From Kiritimatiellia bacterium (GTDB lineage Bacteria; Verrucomicrobiota; Kiritimatiellia; JAQICX01), in contig JAQICX010000069.1 of NCBI GenBank assembly GCA_027858345.1, forward strand, positions 5,222-69,221: 64,000 nt of DNA, written 5' to 3'. The translations under genes were made by a program, and so were the position numbers. Below are positions 17,466 through 27,036 of this stretch, piece by piece. The notes beneath the pieces were generated by a model. That model did no database searches. It was not told the origin of the DNA and saw only the letters and a program-made list of their open reading frames with translations. Positions within the stretch are counted from its first letter, which is position 1. Each line of letters begins with the position of its first letter.

Positions 17466-19646
17466 ATGAAACAAGCGACCAATGATGTTGAACCACAGAA
17501 CACCCAGAATAAATACCAACAAGACGATAGCCAACTAGACTTACAGGACTGCCTGTTTATTGCCCTTGAACGAATATGGATGATTATAACAATACTGATA
17601 ATCAGCATTGTTGTTGCAGGCGTATGGAGTTTTCAGCAAATTCCACTATACAAGGCAACATCACAAGTACAAATTGAACCTCGAACTCAAAAAGTTATGC
17701 AGACACAAGCAGAGGTTGGACCAATAGCAGATGGAACTGATGAATATTACAATACAATGGTCAAAAATCTTCAAGGTCGTGATATAGCAATAAAAACATC
17801 AAAGAAGCTTAAAGAAAAACACCCAGATAAGTTCGATAAAAACATTAATTACACTGGTTTTGTTATGGGCTCAATAAAAGTGAAACCATACCCAGGCACT
17901 CGACTTGTTGATATTACTGCTATCAGCAAAGATCCAGAAATGGCAGTAACTATTGCCAATATTGTCGCAGAGACTTTTGTTTACAACCAGCTTGACAGAA
18001 AAATGACAGATTCAACTGAAAACGTTCGATGGCTTGAATCTCAGGCAGAAGTGTATAAAGCCAAACTATTTGATGCAGAAGAAAAACTGGCTTCATATAG
18101 AGAAAGAACAGGTCAGGTATCTCTAGAACAACAACAAGATATCACAATCCTAAAAATGAAAGATATCAGTCACAAGCTCACTGAAGCCGAAGCTGAAAGA
18201 ATTTCAACCGAAACAACTCTCAATGAAATGAATGCCATGATCGATAAAGATATTGATTCGGAAGACATATTGCAAATAATTTCAGAGCCTGATGTAGCAA
18301 GACTTTATCAACTGCTTAAAGAAAAAGAGCTTGAAATCTCGGTTCTTAAGGAACGTTATAAAGACGGTTATCCTGCAATGAAACAAGCTGTTAAAGAATA
18401 TGAACAAGTGAGAATTCAGTACGATAATGCATGCGAAGAGGCTGCCTCTAAGGTTAAGGCTCGCTATGATCACGCTCTTGCACAAGAAAGAAACTTGAGA
18501 ACAGAACTTAATAAAAAGACCCAAGATGCTTTAAAGCTTAACAGAGAATCTACCGAATATAATGTTCTCAAAAGAAATGCACAGCAATTTGAATCTTTAT
18601 ATAACAATATTATTGCTCGTATGAATGAGACTGCAATTCAGGGTAAAACAGAAAGCAACAATATTCATATTTCAGAGAAAGCGACACTTCCACAGAAACC
18701 TTTCAAACCAAGACATGCTCAAAACATTTTAATTGGTGCTGTTGTTGGAGTCGGTTTAGGTTTTGCACTTGCCCTACTGCTCTGGATTACTGATAATAGA
18801 ATCAAAAAGATTGTTGATATTGAAAATGAAATGGGTGAGAAAGTTGTTGCTGCTATTCCATTCATAAAGAAAAAATTCTTTAAAGAAAATGGAACTCTAA
18901 AGCCTGACAAACATAACAATTTAGTGGTTGAAGGTTTTCGAACCATGCATGCTGAACTGGCAGATCAGTTAAAAGATGTAAAAAAAATTATTATCCTGAG
19001 TTCAAACCCTGATGAAGGTAAAACGTTTGCAACAACATATTTTGGTGCAGTTGGTGCAGAAAGAAAAAAGAAGATCCTTCTTGTTAATACAGACCTTAGA
19101 CGACCTAGACTAGAACTAATGTTTGGCATTGATAATAAAAAAGGTGGAATCAATGGTATATTGACAAAAAAAACAACTTGGCAAGATGCAATAGTAAAAA
19201 CTCCACTACCTAACTTGGACGTTCTACCAGCAGGTATAAGAACATCTAACCCAACTTCTCTGCTAGAGTCTTCTAGTTTCAATGATATGATTGAAGAACT
19301 AGAGAAGCATTATGATTTGTTAGTATTTGATGCACCTCCAATGCTTGGACTTAGTGACTCTAGAATCTTACTTGGAAAGATGGATGCAGCAATAATGATT
19401 GTAAATCACAACAAATCCAAGAAAAAAGCTACTAATTATGTTATAGAGAAGATAAAAGCTAGCAACACAAAATTACTAGGTGTAATTATTAATAAAATAA
19501 CCTATGGCAATCACGCTTATTACTACTATTATGAGCAATATGGTTACAACTATTACTCTTCATATAACAAGGAATATAAAGATTATTACAGTTCATCTGA
19601 TGACATCGTACCAAATATTGATGTTAATTCTATGAAGAAGGGGTAA
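17466..19646 (+). CDS. Wzc/GumC-type polysaccharide co-polymerase fused to a BY-kinase
   Basis: 726 aa. Two TM helices flank a coiled-coil periplasmic domain. Walker A SSNPDEGKT, A' LLVNTDLRRP and B LLVFDAPP. Tyr-rich C-terminus YGNHAYYYYYEQYGYNYYSSYNKEYKDYY. Confidence 0.85.
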   Translation: MKQATNDVEPQNTQNKYQQDDSQLDLQDCLFIALERIWMIITILIISIVVAGVWSFQQIPLYKATSQVQIEPRTQKVMQTQAEVGPIADGTDEYYNTMVKNLQGRDIAIKTSKKLKEKHPDKFDKNINYTGFVMGSIKVKPYPGTRLVDITAISKDPEMAVTIANIVAETFVYNQLDRKMTDSTENVRWLESQAEVYKAKLFDAEEKLASYRERTGQVSLEQQQDITILKMKDISHKLTEAEAERISTETTLNEMNAMIDKDIDSEDILQIISEPDVARLYQLLKEKELEISVLKERYKDGYPAMKQAVKEYEQVRIQYDNACEEAASKVKARYDHALAQERNLRTELNKKTQDALKLNRESTEYNVLKRNAQQFESLYNNIIARMNETAIQGKTESNNIHISEKATLPQKPFKPRHAQNILIGAVVGVGLGFALALLLWITDNRIKKIVDIENEMGEKVVAAIPFIKKKFFKENGTLKPDKHNNLVVEGFRTMHAELADQLKDVKKIIILSSNPDEGKTFATTYFGAVGAERKKKILLVNTDLRRPRLELMFGIDNKKGGINGILTKKTTWQDAIVKTPLPNLDVLPAGIRTSNPTSLLESSSFNDMIEELEKHYDLLVFDAPPMLGLSDSRILLGKMDAAIMIVNHNKSKKKATNYVIEKIKASNTKLLGVIINKITYGNHAYYYYYEQYGYNYYSSYNKEYKDYYSSSDDIVPNIDVNSMKKG

Positions 19647-19653
19647 CATTATC

Positions 19654-21048
19654 ATGGGTGCCATTCTTTGCTTGACTTTTGTTATACTCTTTTCATCATG
19701 GAAGTATGGTGCAGTAATGCCTAAGGACCTTTTGATTACTCAGATTGTTGGTATAATTGGTTTTGTTTTTGCATTTATCGCTTTGATTGGCAAAGAGAAA
19801 AAAAAGATATTTAAAACATTTATATCACTACCTGGATTTATATTCTTTATTCTCGTAGTTATATATATATTAGTCCAAGCAATTAACAACTCATATATAG
19901 CGAATCCAGCACCTCATTATGGATTAACATGGCAAAATCACATACCATGGTTACCTAACAGTGCTGACACAACTTTATCTCTATCGTCATTATTACTATT
20001 TGTAACATATTACTTTGTTTTCCTTACAACTAAAATTATTATTAATTCTAAAAAGAGAGAAGACTTTCTGTTTTTATTAATCATCTGCAATGGAGGATTA
20101 ATAGCAATACTGGCGATCATGCAGTATTTGGCTCCACAAAAATTTGAATTAGCACTGTCAGGAAGATTTGTTAATATCAATAACTACGTGGCTTATATTA
20201 ATTTATTAATACCTGTGACTCTGGCATATGGTAGAAATAGGCAACTGCATGCACAAAACAAACAGGCAAAGAGTCACCCTGGATATATCTTCTATTTTAT
20301 TGCATCTTTAATGATATACTCAGTGTTTGTTAGTTCATGTCTAACAGGAATAGCTGTATGTTTTGCAATCGTTGTTACAATGCTATTCATAGAACTGTTT
20401 CCATACTTGTTAGAGCAGAGACATCTTCCAGTTACACTGTTAAAAATTCTTGCAGTATCTATCCCTATCTTTATTATTGCGACAATGTTAAGCATAAATG
20501 GACTGGATAAATTAAAAACAAGTATAGAACAACTTGAGAATGCTGATTCTGATCTGAATGGTAGAGCTGTAATTTTTGATGCAACATGGAAAATGTTTAG
20601 TGATGGTCATGAATTATATGGTGTTGGCAGTGGTACATTTAAACCAACATCAATATATTATCTAAGACAGGATACTGACTATAAATGGTATCCTAAATTT
20701 GCCCATTCCGATATATTGCAGTATTTAACAGAGCTAGGTACTGTCGGTTTCACTCTTCTATGTTGCTTTATTTTAGCTATACTGCTTAAAACAAAGTTGT
20801 TAAAAAGTTTTCTTAGGAAAAACAAGCTGGAAGACAAAAGAAAGCATATACATAAAAGACTTCATTACAAAATGCAAATTGCAATAATATTTGGTTTAGG
20901 AGGTCTGTTTGTTCACTCTTTAGTCGACTTTCCATTACATATTCCGGCTATAACAATTTTAGCAGTCATATTAGCTGCTTTACTAAAAAGATACCCGTCA
21001 AGGACAAAACACAAACTGAATAATTATGAACAATCCACCGAAAACTAG
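19654..21048 (+). CDS. O-antigen ligase/polymerase family membrane protein (Wzy_C-like)
   Basis: 464 aa with 10 or more TM helices. Large loop contains AHSDILQYLTELGTVGF, a typical Wzy_C region. Confidence 0.75.
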   Translation: MGAILCLTFVILFSSWKYGAVMPKDLLITQIVGIIGFVFAFIALIGKEKKKIFKTFISLPGFIFFILVVIYILVQAINNSYIANPAPHYGLTWQNHIPWLPNSADTTLSLSSLLLFVTYYFVFLTTKIIINSKKREDFLFLLIICNGGLIAILAIMQYLAPQKFELALSGRFVNINNYVAYINLLIPVTLAYGRNRQLHAQNKQAKSHPGYIFYFIASLMIYSVFVSSCLTGIAVCFAIVVTMLFIELFPYLLEQRHLPVTLLKILAVSIPIFIIATMLSINGLDKLKTSIEQLENADSDLNGRAVIFDATWKMFSDGHELYGVGSGTFKPTSIYYLRQDTDYKWYPKFAHSDILQYLTELGTVGFTLLCCFILAILLKTKLLKSFLRKNKLEDKRKHIHKRLHYKMQIAIIFGLGGLFVHSLVDFPLHIPAITILAVILAALLKRYPSRTKHKLNNYEQSTEN

Positions 21049-21060
21049 TATTACTAGTCA

Positions 21061-21537
21061 TTGAATTTAGAGAACGATAAAGTGATTAAAAAAAACCCAC
21101 AACTTTTTTTTGAGATTGCCAAAGAGATACTATCAAGTGGTAATGAGTTTAGGTTTAAGGCTACAGGCAAGAGTATGCGTCCATTTATAGAAGATGGAGA
21201 TACAATAAAGATAAAACCTATTGGCAACAAGAAATTAAAGAAGGGACAAGTTGCTTTTTATAGTAATGAAGCCAATCACCTGCTAGCGCACAGAATACAT
21301 GCCATTAAAAATGTCGATGATATTACTATTTATACAATTAGAGGTGATGGACTGGTTTATGATATAGAATATATAAATCATGACTCTATACTTGGTATAG
21401 CAGTAGAAGCAGATAGAAATGGCAAAAAAATTAAGCTAAATACAATCTTTACACGCTATTATCCTTTAATGTATTTCAAAACCATAAAATGTAGGACTCG
21501 AATTAAAAGTGCCATCAAGTCACTTGTAAATTCATAG
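21061..21537 (+). CDS. S24/S26-family (signal-peptidase-I-like) serine peptidase
   Basis: 158 aa, TTG start. Has GKSMRPFIEDGDTIKIKP (Ser nucleophile box) and IRGDG (GDN-like box). No TM anchor evident. Confidence 0.5.
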   Translation: MNLENDKVIKKNPQLFFEIAKEILSSGNEFRFKATGKSMRPFIEDGDTIKIKPIGNKKLKKGQVAFYSNEANHLLAHRIHAIKNVDDITIYTIRGDGLVYDIEYINHDSILGIAVEADRNGKKIKLNTIFTRYYPLMYFKTIKCRTRIKSAIKSLVNS

Positions 21538-21553
21538 AAAACAGAAAGCTTTT

Positions 21554-22717
21554 ATGAAACCAAAAATCATATATATATCAGGATTTAGACAACACGCAGG
21601 AAAAACAACAACCAGCTTAGGTCTAATATCTTTATTAAGAAAGATATATAAACCTGAAGATATTGGTTACATAAAGCCGGTTGGGCAAGAACTGTATACT
21701 CTGCCAAATGGCATGAAAACAGATAAAGACACAAAAATACTGCAAAATTTCTTATTACCGGATCTTGATATGAACGCTGCTTCTCCTGTTAAAATTCCAT
21801 CAGGTGTAACTAAGACATTTCTTATATCAAAAAACAGAGATCAAATCACAAAAAATTATATTCATGAAATAAAAAAAGCAATAGACTCCATTTCGGATAA
21901 AAAAATTATAATAGCAGAAGGTACAGGGCATCCAGGTGTTGGTAGCATTGTCGGATTATCGAATGCTGCTGTATGCAAAACCATTGGTGCTGAAATTATA
22001 TACCTTGCTGGCGGAGGACTTGGCAAGTCAATTGATATGCTTACAACAGATTTAACATTTTTTGCGGCGAATAAAGTTCAAGTAAGGGGTATTATCTTCA
22101 ACAAAATTTTTCCTCACAAACTTGACATAATGAAAAAGTATATATCCGAAGACTTTCTTAACATTATGTATAAAGGCTGCTTTAGAAAGCCAATTAAAAT
22201 ATTTGGTTTTCTGCCTGAAATTGAGTACCTCAACAAACCATCAATGAGACAAATTATGAAAGAATTTCCAAATGCAATACCAATTGGAGATTCTAATGAC
22301 AAGAGCTGGGAGTTTCCATGCGGTAATATAAAGATTATATCAGTACCAGATGAGCTTTTTCATCCTGAAGAGTATTTGAAGTCTAGAGATGTAATAATCA
22401 TAAGTGCGGGTTCAGAAAGAAGACTATCAGGTATTATTGAATATAATAAAACATTAACGAGCAAACTTGCCGGCATTATTCTGTCATGTAGACGAACCTC
22501 TGACCTTGACCAAGAGAAACTACAGTCTATTAAAGACCAAGGCATCCCTGCATTCTCTGTTAATACAGATACAGCACTGACAGATGATATACTTCATAAA
22601 TGCATTGATGACACTAAACTACAACCTTATGACTCAGAGAAAATCCATCAAGTCTTCGATCTGTTTGAAAACTATTACGACTTTGATAAATTCAAGAAAG
22701 CATTCAATATAAGGTAG
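21554..22717 (+). CDS. BioD-like P-loop plus DRTGG-type protein (architecture of the Pta N-terminal region, without the PTA catalytic domain)
   Basis: 387 aa. Has YISGFRQHAGKTTTSLGL (P-loop), IIAEGTGHPGVGS and GIIFNK. The C-terminal part resembles a DRTGG domain. Confidence 0.4.
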   Translation: MKPKIIYISGFRQHAGKTTTSLGLISLLRKIYKPEDIGYIKPVGQELYTLPNGMKTDKDTKILQNFLLPDLDMNAASPVKIPSGVTKTFLISKNRDQITKNYIHEIKKAIDSISDKKIIIAEGTGHPGVGSIVGLSNAAVCKTIGAEIIYLAGGGLGKSIDMLTTDLTFFAANKVQVRGIIFNKIFPHKLDIMKKYISEDFLNIMYKGCFRKPIKIFGFLPEIEYLNKPSMRQIMKEFPNAIPIGDSNDKSWEFPCGNIKIISVPDELFHPEEYLKSRDVIIISAGSERRLSGIIEYNKTLTSKLAGIILSCRRTSDLDQEKLQSIKDQGIPAFSVNTDTALTDDILHKCIDDTKLQPYDSEKIHQVFDLFENYYDFDKFKKAFNIR

Positions 22718-22724
22718 GCTTCTT

Positions 22725-23297
22725 TTAAAGTTTATATTTTGGAAGTAGATCCTCTGGAGTTTCTGCCAATGGCAGATATGCTGTTTTATCCTTTTCAGAT
22801 AATATTGGTGTTATATCTCCCCAATCAACACCTAATGCTGGATCACACCAAAGAATTCCTCCATCATCTTCAGGGTGATAAAAGTCTGAACATTTGTATG
22901 AGAATAAAGCAGTATCACTAAGTACACAGAAGCCATGAGCAAAACCTTCCGGCACATAAAGCTGACAATGATTTTCATCAGATAAAACAGCACTTATAGA
23001 GTGACCAAACCATGGAGAGCCTACTCGAATGTCTACTGCAACATCTAAAACAGCTCCTTGAACGACCGATACCAACTTAGCTTGTGGATATTTTAGCTGA
23101 TAATGTAGTCCTCGTAGTGTCCCGATGCGAGAGAAGGATATGTTATCTTGAACAAAGTCATTTGATATGCCATGTTCTCCATGCTTCCATGCGCTGAATG
23201 TTTCGATAAAAAAACCTCTTTGATCTCCAAACTTTTTAGGAGTAAGCAGTTTAACATCTGGTATTGCTAACAATTCACATTCTAAATTATTTTCCAC
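22725..23297 (-). CDS. rmlC: dTDP-4-dehydrorhamnose 3,5-epimerase
   Basis: 190 aa. Has FGDQRGFFIETF, RGLHYQ and GFAHGF. Confidence 0.9.
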   Translation of the reverse strand: MENNLECELLAIPDVKLLTPKKFGDQRGFFIETFSAWKHGEHGISNDFVQDNISFSRIGTLRGLHYQLKYPQAKLVSVVQGAVLDVAVDIRVGSPWFGHSISAVLSDENHCQLYVPEGFAHGFCVLSDTALFSYKCSDFYHPEDDGGILWCDPALGVDWGDITPILSEKDKTAYLPLAETPEDLLPKYKL

Positions 23298-23302
23298 TTT
23301 TC

Positions 23303-24190
23303 TTAATCTCCAATCTTTTGCATATCTTCATTTGCAATTGATATTAAATATTTACCATAATCATTTTTTTTCATTACTTCGGCTTGCTCAAGCAATGCTT
23401 CCACCGTAATATATCCCATTTGATAAGCAATTTCTTCAATGCATGATATTTCTGTTCCTTGGCGTTCCTGAATTGTTTGAACAAAGTTTGAAGCTTGCAG
23501 AAGAGACTCGTGAGTGCCTGTATCCAACCACGCAAATCCTCTACCCAATAATTCGACCTTTAAACTCTCTTCTTTAAGATATAACAAATTCAAGTCAGTA
23601 ATTTCCAACTCACCTCGTGGTGATGGTTGTAAATTTCTTGCTTTCTCAACAACTGAGTTATCATAGAAATACAATCCGGGAACAGCATAGTGAGACTTGG
23701 GTGATTTAGGTTTCTCTTCAATACTTGTAACTAAACCTTCATCATTGAAATCAACAACTCCATAACGCTCTGGATCCTTAACATAATACCCAAAAATCAG
23801 ACTACCCTGTTCAAGCTGCCCTGCTCTCTCAAGCATATCTGACAATCCATGACCATAGAAAATATTATCTCCAAGAATTAAGCAAACAGAATCATCACCA
23901 ATAAAGTCATCGCCAATTACAAAAGCCTGAGCAAGACCATCTGGACTAGGTTGCTCTCTATAATCAAAAGAAAGTCCAAGTTTTGAACCATCCCCAAGCA
24001 GCTTTTTAAAGTATGGAAGATCTTCAGGTGTGCTTATTATTAATATTTCTCTTATTCTCGCCAACATAAGCGTGGATAATGGATAATATATCATTGGTTT
24101 ATCATATACCGGCAAAATTTGTTTGCTAATAACACGAGTTAATGGATATAGACGTGTTCCTGAACCACCTGCAAGAATAATACCTTTCAT
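23303..24190 (-). CDS. rmlA: glucose-1-phosphate thymidylyltransferase
   Basis: 295 aa. Has [35 protein letters not shown] and [13 protein letters not shown]. Confidence 0.95.
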   Translation of the reverse strand: MKGIILAGGSGTRLYPLTRVISKQILPVYDKPMIYYPLSTLMLARIREILIISTPEDLPYFKKLLGDGSKLGLSFDYREQPSPDGLAQAFVIGDDFIGDDSVCLILGDNIFYGHGLSDMLERAGQLEQGSLIFGYYVKDPERYGVVDFNDEGLVTSIEEKPKSPKSHYAVPGLYFYDNSVVEKARNLQPSPRGELEITDLNLLYLKEESLKVELLGRGFAWLDTGTHESLLQASNFVQTIQERQGTEISCIEEIAYQMGYITVEALLEQAEVMKKNDYGKYLISIANEDMQKIGD

Positions 24191-24211
24191 TACATAATCT
24201 CCCTATATGTT

Positions 24212-25267
24212 TTACAAATAATTTTCTTTAATCCAGTTTTGATATTCTCCCGTTCTAACTGATTCAGACCAGTCCATATTAGACAAATACCATTTCACTG
24301 TTTTTCTTATGCCCGTTTCAAAAGACTCACTTGGTGTCCATCCAAGTTCTGCATCAATTTTATTACAATCAATTGCATAACGGCGGTCATGTCCCAACCT
24401 ATCTTTCACAAAACTAATAAGAGACTCTCTAGATTCACCAGATGCCAAAGGTTCTGCAACTTCATCAACAAGATTGCAGATAACTTTGACAACATCAAGA
24501 TTCTTCATTTCATTACGTCCACCAACATTATAAGTTTCACCTACAACTCCGCTAAACATAATTTCCCATATAGCGATACAATGGTCTTTCACAAACAACC
24601 AGTCTCTAACATTTTGCCCATCGCCATAAACTGGCAACGCTTTACCTTCCAAAGCATTGAGAATCATCAAAGGAACCAACTTTTCCGGAAATTGATAAGG
24701 ACCATAGTTGTTTGAGCAATTTGACATTGTTACTGGCACACCAAATGTTTCACAGTATGCACGAACCAAATGATCCGATGATGCCTTCGATGCAGAATAT
24801 GGACTATTTGGTGCGTATGGGGTATCTTCTCTAAACAAACCTTCAGCGCCTAAACTTCCAAAAACTTCGTCAGTACTAACGTGATGGAAACGTTTTATTG
24901 TCTCAATTTTCTCGTATGCAACTTTTAAAAGATTGTATGTGCCGATAATATTTGTATTAATAAAATCATCTGGGTGCAAGATTGATCTATCAACGTGTGA
25001 CTCTGCTGCAAAATGGCAGATTGAATCAACATCATATTGTTCAACCACAGACAACATTTCTTTATAATCACAGATATCTGCCTTAACAAAAACATATCTA
25101 TCACCATATTTATCCGCAATATCAGCAAGACTTAATGGATTGCCCGCATAAGTAAGAATATCAACATTTATAATTCTACCTGAGAAATCGGTCTCTTCTA
25201 AAACATATCTTATAAAATTTGTTCCAATAAATCCACAGCCACCTGTGACAATTAAATTTTGATACAT
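24212..25267 (-). CDS. rmlB: dTDP-glucose 4,6-dehydratase
   Basis: 351 aa. Has [21 protein letters not shown] and [15 protein letters not shown]. Confidence 0.95.
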   Translation of the reverse strand: MYQNLIVTGGCGFIGTNFIRYVLEETDFSGRIINVDILTYAGNPLSLADIADKYGDRYVFVKADICDYKEMLSVVEQYDVDSICHFAAESHVDRSILHPDDFINTNIIGTYNLLKVAYEKIETIKRFHHVSTDEVFGSLGAEGLFREDTPYAPNSPYSASKASSDHLVRAYCETFGVPVTMSNCSNNYGPYQFPEKLVPLMILNALEGKALPVYGDGQNVRDWLFVKDHCIAIWEIMFSGVVGETYNVGGRNEMKNLDVVKVICNLVDEVAEPLASGESRESLISFVKDRLGHDRRYAIDCNKIDAELGWTPSESFETGIRKTVKWYLSNMDWSESVRTGEYQNWIKENYL

Positions 25268-25269
25268 AC

Positions 25270-26127
25270 TTATTTACCTTCCATAAGCTTAATAAATTCA
25301 GCAAGATCATCTTGCCAGTTTACCATTACATTGATATTTAAATCTTTAAGTCTCTTGTTTTCCAAAATTGAATTACTTGGACGTTTTGCAGGGGTAGGAT
25401 ACTCTTCTGTTGAGCACGGTTCCATCGAAAAAGGTATATGCGACATTTCTAAAAATGTTTTTGCAAACTCATACCAAGAGCAATATCCTTCACCTGTTGC
25501 ATGAAACAATCCTGTGGCTTCATTTTTCACAACTTCTTTGATCTGTTTTGCCAAAGTTCTTGAAAGTGTTGGACAACCAAATTGATCGCTTACAACCTTA
25601 ATAACACGCTCTGAATCTTCAACAGCCAATCGCTTCATTGTTTTAAGAAAATTATTACCATTAGTTCCATAAAGCCAGGCAGTACGTAAAATTGCATAAT
25701 TTTCAGTGTTTGCTGCAACCCCATGTTCTCCTGCAAGTTTTGTTTTGCCATATACAGAAACAGGACCTGTTGGATCCGATTCAATAGTCTCTTCGGGCAA
25801 TTTTCTGTCTCCAGAAAAAACATAATCAGTAGATATATGTACAAGGAAAACATCCATATCAGAAGAAACCTTTGCTAAATTTTCAGGTCCAGTCGCATTG
25901 ACAGCAGTAGCAATCTCAACATTGCTCTCAGCTGCATCAACACTTGTATATGCGGCACAATTAATTATAATATCAGATTTATACTTTTTGACAGCAGCAT
26001 TAATTGAATCCATACTTGTAATATCAATATCCGGCAAATCTAAACCGATAACATTATAATCTTTAAATACTTCAAGACAATCATAACCAAGTTGACCATT
26101 GGCTCCAACAACAAGAACATTTTCCAT
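25270..26127 (-). CDS. rmlD: dTDP-4-dehydrorhamnose reductase
   Basis: 285 aa. Has [17 protein letters not shown] and YGKTKLAGE. Sits 2 nt after rmlB. Confidence 0.9.
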   Translation of the reverse strand: MENVLVVGANGQLGYDCLEVFKDYNVIGLDLPDIDITSMDSINAAVKKYKSDIIINCAAYTSVDAAESNVEIATAVNATGPENLAKVSSDMDVFLVHISTDYVFSGDRKLPEETIESDPTGPVSVYGKTKLAGEHGVAANTENYAILRTAWLYGTNGNNFLKTMKRLAVEDSERVIKVVSDQFGCPTLSRTLAKQIKEVVKNEATGLFHATGEGYCSWYEFAKTFLEMSHIPFSMEPCSTEEYPTPAKRPSNSILENKRLKDLNINVMVNWQDDLAEFIKLMEGK

Positions 26128-26138
26128 GATAACAATCC

Positions 26139-27026
26139 TTATATTATAGAATTAGCCTGCTTTGCAGACTCTACAGTATTAAAAAGAAGCATTGTTATAG
26201 TCATTGGACCAACCCCACCTGGAACAGGAGTTATTAGTGATGCTTTTTCTTTTAAACCATCAAAGTCAACATCACCAACCAAGCGATATCCGCTTTTCTT
26301 ACTTGCATCTTCTACACGATTGACGCCAACATCAATTACAACAACGCCATCTTTAACCATGTCTGCCGTAACAGTATTAGGACGGCCTGCTGCGGCTATA
26401 ATAATATCGGCCTGTTTAGTGAAATACGCCAAATCTTTTGTTCCTGTATGACACACAGTAACTGTTGCATTAGCATTTTTGTTTTTTTGAAAAAGCATAT
26501 TTGCAACTGGTTTGCCAACAATATTGCTACGTCCTACAACCACAACATGAGAACCTGAGACTTCTGCACCACTACGTCCAAGCAACTGCTGAACACCGTG
26601 AGGAGTACATGGCAAAAAACATTTTTCTCCAATAACCATCTTGCCTATATTAACAGGATGAAAACCATCAACATCTTTGGTTGGATCAATGGTCATGATA
26701 ACTTCAGCTTCATCCAAATGCTCAGGCAAAGGCAACTGAACCAGAATACCATTGATTTTGGGATCATCATTCATTTTCTTTACCATTGAAATCAACTCTT
26801 TCTGAGTTATATCTGCCGGCAATCTATTATCATCAGAGTATATACCAATCTCTTCGCAGGCTCTTTCCTTTGCCTTAACATATGACTTTGATGCAGGATC
26901 TTCCCCCACTAATATAACCCCAAGTCCAGGAACAATCCCCTTTTCCTTTAAAGCCGCAACTTCATCTTTAAGTTCGGAACGAATATCCTTTGCAATTTGT
27001 TTCCCATCAATTATTTTAGCAGTCAT
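26139..27026 (-). CDS. folD: bifunctional methylene-THF dehydrogenase/methenyl-THF cyclohydrolase
   Basis: 295 aa. Has ILVGEDPASKSYV, GILVQLPLP, VVVGRSNIVGKP and TPVPGGVGPMT. Confidence 0.95.
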   Translation of the reverse strand: MTAKIIDGKQIAKDIRSELKDEVAALKEKGIVPGLGVILVGEDPASKSYVKAKERACEEIGIYSDDNRLPADITQKELISMVKKMNDDPKINGILVQLPLPEHLDEAEVIMTIDPTKDVDGFHPVNIGKMVIGEKCFLPCTPHGVQQLLGRSGAEVSGSHVVVVGRSNIVGKPVANMLFQKNKNANATVTVCHTGTKDLAYFTKQADIIIAAAGRPNTVTADMVKDGVVVIDVGVNRVEDASKKSGYRLVGDVDFDGLKEKASLITPVPGGVGPMTITMLLFNTVESAKQANSII

Positions 27027-27036
27027 TTAAAATTCC

